A stretch of 62,889 nt of DNA, the filler included, from Trichomonas gallinae (Eukaryota), in the NCBI GenBank assembly GCA_008369845.1. It is 8 parts of 8 records of this genome, joined end to end, with 100 filler letters (N's around TTAATTAATTAA, not from the genome) between each part and the next. Parts side by side here need not be neighbours in the genome. Positions count along the whole stretch, not along the records: positions 1 to 12,852 come from MRSU01001494.1; positions 12,953 to 28,135 come from MRSU01001497.1; 6 more parts are not named here. The stretch is one strand, 5' to 3'. This document shows, one piece after another, positions 10,901-20,600 of the stretch. The notes beneath the pieces are model-generated. The model saw nothing but the letters and a program-made list of their open reading frames with translations, made no database searches and was not told the origin of the DNA. Position 1 is the first letter of the stretch. Each line of letters begins with the position of its first letter. The position numbers and the translations under genes were made by a program.

Positions 10901-11527
10901 GAAGAAATCGGCCAGCAAGAACTATACAAGACGCCATCAATGAGGAAGAGATTCATCGAAGGTGATGGAAGCGAAAAGCCACTCCAATTCTTAGCGTACG
11001 AGCTCAGACGCAATCAAAACGGAAATCGCGGAGAGTTGACAGACGCTTTCGATACATCAGCAGCTCCGTTCGCCAACGAACAAATCATGCGGCAAGGCAA
11101 TAAATCTCCTGAAATGCTCGAAGAAGAAGAGGATGAAGGAGACTTCCAGGAAATGGATATACAACAGATTATCAACGAAATGCAGAACAAGCACAAAGTC
11201 AGCGATGATGAAGAAGTCCAAGCATTCGATGAAGTTCCAAATACGCAGCAATTCGACCTTCCTGGCGACTTCCCGGCAGCAATTAACTCAAAGAGAATCC
11301 ATGGAGGAAATAATAACATAGATTTGGATGACGATGATGGTGCAGAACCAATCTTCTATGAAGGCGACAACGGGAAAGAGGAAACGAACAGAGGAAGATC
11401 TACAAGAGGAGGAAAATCTCGTGTGAAGAAACTTGACTCAAAGGCAAACATAAACTTAAGGAGAGATGACCTAGACGTGCAGACAGGAGGCTTGCAGAGT
11501 AATGTTAAGGCTCCTGATTTTGATTAA
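7997..11527 (+). CDS. Leucine-rich repeat protein, CARMIL-like architecture
   Basis: 1176 aa. PH-like N-terminal region, RI-type LRRs (LSILDISNTGL, LKELSLSDNF, LRQLDIKNNKISDIG, LRNVDIDGS) and an acidic disordered tail. The CARMIL assignment is inferred from architecture. Confidence 0.7.
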   Translation: MLFDDEAYCLPATTNERGEIDCLHPKANHQPDLVDEFYRQELTDDDYKELMREIYKLSPLGWANRQVICYATRAIVRFEKRNHQRCIIAITPHYFIALEENKQKTAPPQDKKQKGPPPKPTKYVRLCFFHVLHIKKMYFGTNYQSVRFFMIRLVSLIDPKTKQKYKPKVTIEANNVLAFAYNTIRNHCLAHSTSYALNYMEMPEELRLDPETDHPELFPRFDARLSPSEMFQFSYFAICSNEKQKYVHDVVRYFHHQVINHNGIFNVGHLPFRFYPERSRSHSELIPIFRALIYIPYMFGIVCHRFERPDVLYAISFQLRKTRALRFLYLSDCGATNGLSEVSRALDKNPDAPIEYIDFSKNRFTDFVGFFNYLFKNRKIPIWYLNFNYCGMTDYNVIELFTSLQNNECSWGVKYLHIAGSEVLDESIKRMEGYLSAVTKTGKQSLISLDISDVKQNVNKILFLLKIYPMPLRALYLANDQLDKSTYELLCYIIENSHSLSILDISNTGLNAEQVANIICLMSNRPKYLQLHIFINKLNLNGTNLIAVVKGFLNGDITQWRKIFMESNNMSVPDLQLLTALFTRMPNLKELSLSDNFDNSMDGIDYELPDILRIRNLEILHIGGGKNKFLGLKILPLLFAIGLSYEIRSYIGGYPARENIPPLNQMKDTVADILEAFLDTPNLCPTSSVEDVDELKERVGEMVIPYLIAQSALAASADLVASPQGKMEMMKRLMPLLMLIAEKHKFSDKSQQYTKFFGAHVLPMINFAHDHFKDPKLTEQLSEKLPEMVNQASKLCALRQLDIKNNKISDIGVKAVIELFTFNTELRNVDIDGSKITTITLMSDFVTACEKNVNLTRQQFPLNDAKRIVRTAKVNVEEVVERELAYSQYRLSRAVDAHRARVGEFTDLPFDIFPELEKLIERRMEDIVKYLPSNILRDHSGVVEEFKLMLPYLDEDGADNTLPDTYRVEEIGQQELYKTPSMRKRFIEGDGSEKPLQFLAYELRRNQNGNRGELTDAFDTSAAPFANEQIMRQGNKSPEMLEEEEDEGDFQEMDIQQIINEMQNKHKVSDDEEVQAFDEVPNTQQFDLPGDFPAAINSKRIHGGNNNIDLDDDDGAEPIFYEGDNGKEETNRGRSTRGGKSRVKKLDSKANINLRRDDLDVQTGGLQSNVKAPDFD

Positions 11528-12041
11528 TTGTTTTATTTAAATAATTGTTTTTCTTTTCATTAAATTATGATATATTATTTTTGATTAATTTATCCACATC
11601 ATTGGAAATTATGTTTCTTTATATTATCATTAGTATTTGTAACTATAAAATTATCTTGATGTACTTCTGTACAAGAAAATAATTTCAAATATTATTATTC
11701 AGCAAGGTGTTGTTTCATATAATTCCTATACTGCTACAAAAAATTTTTCCATATTTTTTAATTTTTTTTAAAATCTCTCTAAGTCATTACCATTACTCAA
11801 AAAATGCCGAATAGCCGAAAATTCATCAGTTTACATCACTAATTACTTGTTTATTTTGTGAAGAAAAATAAATTTGCAGTAGTTTAAATGAAAATCGCTC
11901 TATTTGATATAAGTTTATCTAAACTATAACTAAAAACAAACAGATTAATAAAATATAAAAATAATAAAATAATGAAATTAATTTTGCAATTAAATTGCAA
12001 AAGTCCTGTAGCAAAAATAGTCTTCTATCAATTAAAAAGCT

Positions 12042-12557
12042 CTAAATAATTGGCAAATTCGATTTTGAATTTGAAACAGATTCATCATCAGATTCTCCGT
12101 CACTTGCAACAGCTCTGGCTTCAGGAACGATCCTTGTAGCTGGAATTGGAGTACCGCGTTTCGTTTCTTCTTTGTTATGATCGGTCAAATCGAGATTTGA
12201 AAATGAAACAGTCATAATTGGGCGCAAATTATTTCCTGCATAACCAATTTTCATCATATTAGGCAACTCATATTTCATCTTTGAAAATGATGGCGACTTT
12301 GAAGGTGTTGATTTATTTTTCAATAAAAATGAAAATTTACTAAGCTTTGGATTCTCAGGAGCTGGTTTATTATCAGTAGTAGTAACTACCGGACTTGGAG
12401 GAATATAAATTTTTTCAAAATCATTTTTAACTTCACTATTTTTCTTTTTCTTGCTGTTTAGCTTCAACTCATCGATGGATATAGACATTGGGATTAGGCT
12501 GGCAAGCTTTTTGGCAAGCAATTTCCCTTCAAGACCAGAATCTTCAACATCAGCCAT
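12042..12557 (-). CDS. Hypothetical low-complexity protein
   Basis: 171-aa ATG ORF, Ser/Lys/Pro-rich, preceded by AAAGTGAC and a TCAT Inr-like element. Confidence 0.65.
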   Translation of the reverse strand: MADVEDSGLEGKLLAKKLASLIPMSISIDELKLNSKKKKNSEVKNDFEKIYIPPSPVVTTTDNKPAPENPKLSKFSFLLKNKSTPSKSPSFSKMKYELPNMMKIGYAGNNLRPIMTVSFSNLDLTDHNKEETKRGTPIPATRIVPEARAVASDGESDDESVSNSKSNLPII

Positions 12558-12818
12558 CTAATGAGATAGCTATGTCACTTTTATGAAGGGGCACTTTTAC
12601 TTTCTCAATTTTTTTTTTTTGAATAAAATTATGATGTTTACAAACCCCATTTATAGGCAGTGTTACCCCTGTTTTATACTTAAAGCGGGGAAGCTATGAT
12701 GCACATATTAATAATAAATTATTATCTCTTAAAATAAGGATATCACAATGCAACCTTCCCATATATTTCGCTATACTACATGATTAAAAGTGGGCTACGT
12801 TTGGGAAATGCATCATTC

Positions 12819-12843
12819 AAAAAAAAAAAAAAAAAAAAAAAAA
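12819..12843 (+). repeat. Poly(A) tract at contig end
   Basis: 25 consecutive A residues. Confidence 0.9.
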
Positions 12844-12852
12844 TTTAAAATT

Positions 12853-12952
12853 NNNNNNNNNNNNNNNNNNNNNNNNNNNNNNNNNNNNNNNNNNNNTTAA
12901 TTAATTAANNNNNNNNNNNNNNNNNNNNNNNNNNNNNNNNNNNNNNNNNNNN
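12853..12952. other. Artificial contig spacer
   Basis: N44-TTAATTAATTAA-N44, giving stops in all six frames. Confidence 0.98.
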
Positions 12953-13007
12953 ATAGAGCATAAGACTCTTAATCTTGGGGTTGCGGGTTCGAGTCCCGCC
13001 ACTGGCT
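12953..13007 (+). tRNA. tRNA-Lys(CTT), 5'-truncated by contig edge
   Basis: D-arm end TAGAGC; anticodon arm TAAGA-CT-CTT-AA-TCTTG; T arm GCGGG-TTCGAGT-CCCGC; acceptor 3' strand CACTGGC; downstream T-run as a Pol III terminator. Confidence 0.92.
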
Positions 13008-13478
13008 ATTTTTCATTTTTCTCTCAATTTTATTGTAAACTTCTCAATTTAAAAAATCATTTTTTTCTAATTTTGGCAATTGATCCATCAATAATATTGA
13101 ATACACAATATAAATTTCATCATTTTAGATTTTTTGCTCGAATATTTACCAAAAAACGATTATTTTGTAAATTGTTCTTTTTTTTCCATTTTTCTCTTAA
13201 TTCTGTTGTAAAATTCACAAAGAAACAATGCATATGTACCTTTCATATTGCACTGTACCTAGATATGAAGTTTTGACCAAATTGATAGGTTATTTGTTTC
13301 ATCATCTTTTAATTACCATTATGTGCAGCCCGAATCAAAGTAGCTTGACTGTATTTGAATGTTGTATTGATATTTATTACAGGGACCTCAAAAAGGAGTT
13401 TGACAAGCTTCCTGATTCATTCGCAGATCATTTAATCATTATTTGACATGTAATTTCGTCAGATTTCATAATTTTGTC

Positions 13479-14933
13479 ATGACTGTCAGTCTGCCAGATA
13501 TGAAGAGAGGAATTGGGAAAACTTTCGATATTATTTCATTCGCAATAGTCGCAACATTCTTATCTTTGACAGCACTCGTTCTTGCATCGCGTAATATTCA
13601 TTTATCGAAACTAATTCCGAAAGATAAAACTAAATTATTACCAGGAAAACCGATTTCTTCTAAAACTGTTATTGATAACGCTTTCATTGTCCCTATCTCA
13701 GAAGCCGAAAAAGATTCCTCAACACTGGCATCATCAATTGCAGCAATATTTTCAGCCAACTACAAAGCACAAGGGTTAAGAGATTCTCACATGAAGAGTA
13801 ACGAATACTTGCTGCTTTCACCCAAAGATATCGATAGATTACTTGAATCTAATGTTAATATACAAGATATGATCGATTTATCACATTCAAAGACAGCCAA
13901 TAACAAATTATTGCGTCCATTATCTACATCTGTTTCTAGACCATTAACATTTACGTACGAAATCGGATTTAAATCAAGTAATCTTAGAGATATTCGTCAA
14001 AAAATTGTAGAGTCAAATATGCCTATTGCACTCACGTACACACAATCAGCAGAAAGATATTTCTTCCCATGTACGCTCGATGCCTACAAAAATCACGATT
14101 CTTGCAAAAAATCTGAATACAAATTAATTAGTGGTCAATCATTGACACCAATTGACTTTCTGATTGATTTTTCTGATAGTACAGATTATACATTTTCGGA
14201 TGCAGGCCGTCAAATACCAACATTCAACAAAACAGTTTTAATTATTGGATATTCGAACTCAATTCTATCTAGAAACTTCGTCAACATCACAAAAAAGGAT
14301 CCACCGCGTGGAGCGTTCATTGTAAGGACAAATAACCAGTTCCACGGCCATTCGTACGAATTTTTGGCTGGATTAATAACAGAAGAGAAAGAACGCGAAA
14401 TTTGTCCATGTCAGAGCAACCCAATGAACTGGATATCAGCATCACTGCAATGCTTAGAGTCCAAGAAAGACCCAGTGAAGTGCGAAACAGTCAATGCTGT
14501 AATGCGAGGAAATAGTTTGTTCACAACTGCGGACAGACTCAAGTGTATTAACTCTGTTTACTGCGACACTAATTCTACATATTCACTAGTCGGCTACGAG
14601 AAGCCTATTATAACATTCTCAGAGGCAGGAGTGCCTCTCGTAACAATCGCAAAGATTGACAAAAACTCTGTTAAAAGCGAAGTGTTTAAATCGCTGCCAT
14701 TCCAGCATCTTAACAAAGCATTCATGCTTGAGAAGACTGTTGCTGAAAGTGGAAAGTGTGGCTACACTTTAGTAATGTATGATGAGCTCGAATCCATCAT
14801 AAAGAGCGGAATTGGAACATGGCTCGCTTATTCAGTCAATGCAAAGTTCGACTCCGGAGATTACGCGAAATCAATGAGAGGATACTACACGAAATGGGAT
14901 CCTATATCTGCGTCTCAACTATCTGATTTGTGA
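13479..14933 (+). CDS. Type II membrane protein, degenerate papain (C1)-like fold
   Basis: N-terminal TM segment IISFAIVATFLSLTALVLA. VLIIGYSN ... GAFIVRTN ... GHSYEFLAG ... ICP..NPMNWI recalls the C1-like core. Cys-rich C-terminal half. The first ATG is at 13479. Confidence 0.6.
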   Translation: MTVSLPDMKRGIGKTFDIISFAIVATFLSLTALVLASRNIHLSKLIPKDKTKLLPGKPISSKTVIDNAFIVPISEAEKDSSTLASSIAAIFSANYKAQGLRDSHMKSNEYLLLSPKDIDRLLESNVNIQDMIDLSHSKTANNKLLRPLSTSVSRPLTFTYEIGFKSSNLRDIRQKIVESNMPIALTYTQSAERYFFPCTLDAYKNHDSCKKSEYKLISGQSLTPIDFLIDFSDSTDYTFSDAGRQIPTFNKTVLIIGYSNSILSRNFVNITKKDPPRGAFIVRTNNQFHGHSYEFLAGLITEEKEREICPCQSNPMNWISASLQCLESKKDPVKCETVNAVMRGNSLFTTADRLKCINSVYCDTNSTYSLVGYEKPIITFSEAGVPLVTIAKIDKNSVKSEVFKSLPFQHLNKAFMLEKTVAESGKCGYTLVMYDELESIIKSGIGTWLAYSVNAKFDSGDYAKSMRGYYTKWDPISASQLSDL

Positions 14934-15436
14934 TTTAGATTGTTTTATTTTATCTTTCATTTATTGTTTAATCTTACGACAAAAATATCAATTTTGACAA
15001 TGAATATAAGAAATCCTCAATCCTCTGGTTAAAAATCCCTAGATAAGCGGTGTTTATATTTGTTATACTGACTACATTAAACCATATTTTTCAGCACTGT
15101 TTCGAAACTTTTCATATTTTTTTTTAAATGCACTCACTGAATTATTCTATGAGAGTTATCAATTTTAAAATGTGAATAAAATAGATAGTGTGCAAAGACA
15201 GCTACATTATAGGAATTAATTCTCATATAACAAATATAGGCCCACAAACGTATTTTTCAGTGTGTACCAAATTTTAACATTTGAAATGGATCTTGGTTAT
15301 GCTTTCAAGACATTGCTACTCCTCATAAAGTTTGAATTTATTTACATGTCAAAAACAATACTATTTTGTCATGTAAAGTCGAGCAATTTGACATAGATTA
15401 AATTTAAATTTGAGAAGGTTTGTTCGCAATAATAAA

Positions 15437-16975
15437 ATGATTCCATATGCTTATATAGATTCGATTAATCGTACCGGAAGGAACGAAAACGCGGAAATTG
15501 ATCCAGCAACACTTGAAAGCATCAAAAATGATGACCCTTCATGCATAAATGAATCATTATTAGATGTTCATAATCCGAGCTATAAACATTTACTCACTTC
15601 TATTATCAAATACGATGCTATTAAATGCATGATGAAACTTCACCAGTTTAACGAACGAGCTTTGTTTACTTATCATAACGATTCTGTTGTAATTTCACCA
15701 AAAATGGGCCATATACTATTTGATATATACGGAATGCACTTATATGAAATGGGGTATTTCCTCCCTGTATCGATGCTTGTTAAATTTAAAGAACACACCG
15801 GACTTAAGATTAAAAATGCATTATACTTGAATTCTCTGCTACTTGCAATACAGCAGAATGATATAGAAGGCATTACATATATACTCGATAACATATCTTC
15901 TTTCACGGACATGAATGAAATTCTTCAAACGAGAGCAACCGAAATGTCGCCAGAAGTTTTCATGCTGCTACTTTCCAAAGGATTCCACTATGGTCCACCA
16001 GTTATTCCTTCGATTTTTATTGAACAAAACAGAATTGATCAAATCAATACCTTAATCAACGATTATCATTTCATTTTAGACTTCGGCGCACTCGGTGTTG
16101 AGTCTATTAGCAACATGATCAGAAACAATGCATACGAATTCACTAAAATGATGATCGAATATAACGCTGTTGATAATTACATTCCTGTTATCATCAACGG
16201 CTGCGCTCTTTACAATTGTGAGGAGATGCTTGATATGGTTTTGAGCACAGCGAAAAGAAAGCTGAAACCAGGCGCTGCAAACAAAGCATTAATCTCTGCG
16301 GCTAAAATTGGCCGTGCGAACATATTCAAAAAGCTTTTAATTCCAACGGCTGTTGACATGAAAGCTGTAGGAGAGGCAAGACAGGCTGCAGAAGATAACG
16401 GATATGATGAAATTGTCAGAATTGTTGACGAAGAGCTGCCAGTTGATATAGCGAACCCACCGCCTACAAATAACAACACTTACAGAGGAAAACCGATGGA
16501 TGACGAAAGTCTCGATATCGAAGAAACGAGCGCCGACTTCGGCAAGATCTTCGACTCAGAGGATGACATGGGCTATCACAGAGGGTTCTCTAATCAGTCT
16601 AGCTTCAGAGGTTTTGGCCATGATAACGTTCCTGAGAGTCCACTCGGATTTTCTGCCAGGATGGCTGCATCAAACATCTACCAGCCTGGTGCTCTGGACA
16701 ACTTGGATGATGAGCTTGAAATTGCGCCACCAGAGAGTCCGCTGGGATTCGGCCAGAACCCAGGAGGTTTTGCATTTCGACAGATGCCTGATCTTCCTAT
16801 GCCAGGCCAGCCAATGGGCGGAATGCCGATGCCAGGCCAGCCAATGGGGGGAATGACACGAAAGATTTTCGGCGCTTTTGGAAATAATCCTGGCTTTGGT
16901 AACAACTTTGGTGGAGGTCTTGACAACCTCGACAATTTGGATGATGATGTTGGGGAAGACATTGATAATAACTGA
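15437..16975 (+). CDS. Degenerate ankyrin-repeat protein with low-complexity Gly/Pro/Asp tail
   Basis: ALISAAKIGRANIFKKLL and AAEDNGYDEIVRI are ankyrin-like. The tail has PESPLGF x2, MPGQPMGG x2 and LDNLDD x2. The first ATG is at 15437. Confidence 0.7.
   Translation: MIPYAYIDSINRTGRNENAEIDPATLESIKNDDPSCINESLLDVHNPSYKHLLTSIIKYDAIKCMMKLHQFNERALFTYHNDSVVISPKMGHILFDIYGMHLYEMGYFLPVSMLVKFKEHTGLKIKNALYLNSLLLAIQQNDIEGITYILDNISSFTDMNEILQTRATEMSPEVFMLLLSKGFHYGPPVIPSIFIEQNRIDQINTLINDYHFILDFGALGVESISNMIRNNAYEFTKMMIEYNAVDNYIPVIINGCALYNCEEMLDMVLSTAKRKLKPGAANKALISAAKIGRANIFKKLLIPTAVDMKAVGEARQAAEDNGYDEIVRIVDEELPVDIANPPPTNNNTYRGKPMDDESLDIEETSADFGKIFDSEDDMGYHRGFSNQSSFRGFGHDNVPESPLGFSARMAASNIYQPGALDNLDDELEIAPPESPLGFGQNPGGFAFRQMPDLPMPGQPMGGMPMPGQPMGGMTRKIFGAFGNNPGFGNNFGGGLDNLDNLDDDVGEDIDNN
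16799..16855 (+). repeat. 30-bp coding tandem repeat, about 2 copies
   Basis: ATGCCAGGCCAGCCAATGGGNGGAATG repeated with period 30. Confidence 0.9.
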
Positions 16976-17635
16976 ACTTTAAAATGTTTGTATTTTTTTA
17001 TAACAGAAACCATGTTATTTTCGAATGTTTCTTCGGATCACTTCTTTAATATTGGCTACAAAGCATGCTGTTCAATGCAGATTCCATTCAACAAGCATAG
17101 AAAATTCACCGATTCAATTCGATTTTTTTTAAAAAAAAACCAATCTCAGACATCAGCATCAAAATCATTGCTCCTTTTATTCATCATCTAAATTTTCTGA
17201 GAATATCAGATTTGATGTTAATAAAGATTTGATTTATGCTTTAATTTCTGATCATTATGAATTTGTCAAAAAAAGTATATGCTTTCTATATAGAATGTTT
17301 TATGGAATAAAAAATGTTGTTGTTTGAGATGAAAGATGATGTTGCCAGTTGAAATGTAAAAAGTTTATCTTGATATTAATGAAGAATTATACTTTTATTT
17401 GTTTAAAATTTATTCAAAACTTATAATTTTCCTTAATCATTTCTATAAAAATCAGAGATTTTTCAAATCAAGAGTATAAAACTCTAGTTCTATACAAGAC
17501 GAATCTATTAATACATTATGAATATATTGATAGTTTACATGCCAGATTCTTAGTTTAATCTGACAATGTAAAACAAAAACGTCAAATAATTATAAAAGTG
17601 ACAAGATTTAAAAAACGAGCTTTTTTTAGAACTCG

Positions 17636-20600
17636 ATGGCAGATGGAGTTCTAACAGAAGAAGCTCTTTACGAGGCGGCGGATACAGTACCTGACTCGCT
17701 GCCACCTGAAAAATTGAAGTATGCAGGCTTTTCTGTTATGCAATTTAGCGATTTCAAAATATTAACTAAATGCACTGGAATGATTATCATAGCATTCAGA
17801 TCATGCGGTGTGGAGAAAGTTCCTACTGAGTTTTTTCAATTAACTTCACTCCAAAAGATAGATTTATCAGCCAACAGAATTTCTACGCTTCCAGGCCCAG
17901 AATTGTGGGCTAAATTAGTTAACCTCAAATCACTTGACTTGAGTGATAACAATATTTCAGAATTAGAAGAACCTATGAAATTAACATCTTTAGTTTCAAT
18001 CAGACAGATTAATTTGACAGGTAATATTTGCTTATCAATACAAGATTCATTCGCTAAGTTATGCAAAGCATTCCCTACTCTATCGATTTTGAATGATATG
18101 ATTATTACTTCACAATATCGCGCTTATCTCGATAATTTAGCAATATATGATAACAGTTCTACACTTCCTTTATCAAAAACAGACGATTTCTTCTTCCATT
18201 ACGTTAAATATATGCACGTATCTTCTAATGAACGATATATACGCAAATTTAACACAGAATTCTTCTGCTTGAACAGAGTTCTCCGAAAATATTCAGCTGC
18301 CGTTCATATTCAAAGCGTTTTTCGTGGACAGAAACAATTTAGAGAATATAAAAGAATGAGAGATGCAGCTTTAAGGATTCAGATCAAAGTCAAGTATTGG
18401 TATAAGAGAAGATTCCTTGCTGCTGTAAGAATTCAGCGCTGTTTCTTATATTTCTCAACAAGGCAACAAATTAAATTTAATCGTGCCGTTAGATTCATCC
18501 AATCTCTGTGGAGACGCCGCGAATCTCGTCGTGAGGCAATGCTTGATGTCTTCGACTGCGACGGAGTCTTCGAATTCTACGTTTTCCCTGAAGGATTGGA
18601 AAATCTAAAAAAGTTCATCGACGAGCACCACTTTCACATGCCTGATATTATCGAGGACAGTAACTACGAAGTCATTAAATATCACCCACACTCTCAATGC
18701 TCACTTCCAGGATCTCCATTAGTTTATTTCTGGGTTAACGACACTCTGATCGTTAGAAACAAGATTCCTCATGAAATCAGTCCAAATTATACAATTTGGT
18801 GCAGCCATGATCATACGAATTTCCAAAATTTCCAGAGAGCAACGCCACAAGGCATTAATTGGTCTTTAAAGTGCCCATTCATGGCTATCAAGCCAATCAG
18901 ATATAATCCACGCATAAAGTATGTTCCAAAAAAGGATTATCCTGTTTTAATCAAAATTGTTTACAAAGACAAATCTCAATTTGCTCCTCTTGTTCGTAAA
19001 TTGTTTGGAGTTATGCCAAGGAATCTCGTTCTGTTCCCAAAGAAGACATTAATTTGGGTTTCAAGTCAAATCACAATTCAATCTGCTTTTAGAATGTTAA
19101 TTGAGCGCTCCAGATACTTTAAAGATATCAAAATCACAGCCATCGAGAGTCGTGCAAAGAATGCAATTAGATATTGGCTGAAAACAATAAAATTAAACAA
19201 AAGTGTCCAATATCTTGCGAGAATGCACAAATACTACGAATCACTGCCAGAAACAACAGCATTCTACATTCCAAACAATCTTTACTTGAAAATGCCCAAT
19301 GTTCCAGTTTTGCATCCTGTTGAATTCGGTTTTACAGCAGAAAAAACTGTTGCACTCGAAGTCAAAACGCAAAACCTTCTTTCTCTAGTAATTCCAACAG
19401 ACAGAATCGTTTTTGGCTTAAATGATCCAATGGCTTTGGTAAAATTCGGAACAACAGACGTCAAAGCATCATTAACAAACTTCACGGACAAAATCAATCC
19501 AAAGTGGATCAAAAGAGCTCATCTACACAGAATTTCATTCCCAACAGCGGACGAAGCGAGGAGAAGAGTCCTCCTTTTCGCATGGATCACTGGCAAAACC
19601 AACATGATCCTGTCTGAACGAGGCGTTTTGGAATATTGCGCTGCAACATCAATTCAATCTTCATGGATGGGCCTCGGAACGAGAAGAACGCTGAAATATT
19701 TGGGCGTACAAGCAGATTTGTTCATCAAAATGTCGAGAAACAGGAATCATCAGCCTAAGAAATTATATTATGCGAATGAACATCCAGAAGATCAGCACAG
19801 ACAGATAAAGAGGGCCCCACTCGAAGCAGAAGAGGCAATTGCACGGCTCAGAGGCGACTATAGGCCAACGCAAAAAGCTTTGGAAGCCTTCAAAGAAAAG
19901 AAAAAAGCAGAAAGCGAAGCAAAGCCAAAAATCGAGCAGAAATCACCAAAGAAAGACGACATAAATATCGAAGACGCACTGCCCAAGGCGACAATCATTG
20001 TCCCGATGCAACAAAACTCAGCTAGATCGGAAAAATCCATGAAATCGAGCGGAAGGTCGACACAATCAGCTCTTGTGAAGTCAATCATCAGACCGACAGA
20101 AGAAGACTTGAAGAGACGCGCGGAGAGCAGAATCGTCCCACTGGGAACTGTCCAATTCGTTGGTGTTTCACAGGGGAATGTTAATCCTTATGTCAGAGAT
20201 CCACTCTTCGAAACAGCTTCACCCAAATCTCGCCAGCAGACTCCTCTGACTCCGCTTAGCCCCGCAGACAGCAGCTACTCGTACGATATCGCTAAGCCTA
20301 ACACGCCAGCGAGCTCGAGAAATGAGCCAAGCAAACCAGATATCATAGAAACAGCCGCTGATTTCGCGATGTCACAGAAAAGATCCTCGAGTCACGAGCA
20401 GTTGATGAAGAATTCTATCCTGACAAGCTCATCTCAATCATTGAACGAAGACAACGTCCCGCAGTCAGCGAGCTCGATGAATTCGACTGCTGAGCGTCAG
20501 TCGTCGATACAAAAAGATTCAACTGGCGGGCCAAGCAGGTCAACAACCATCGATATGCTGGATTTGCCAGCTCAAATGACAAATCGCACAACATCGAGGC

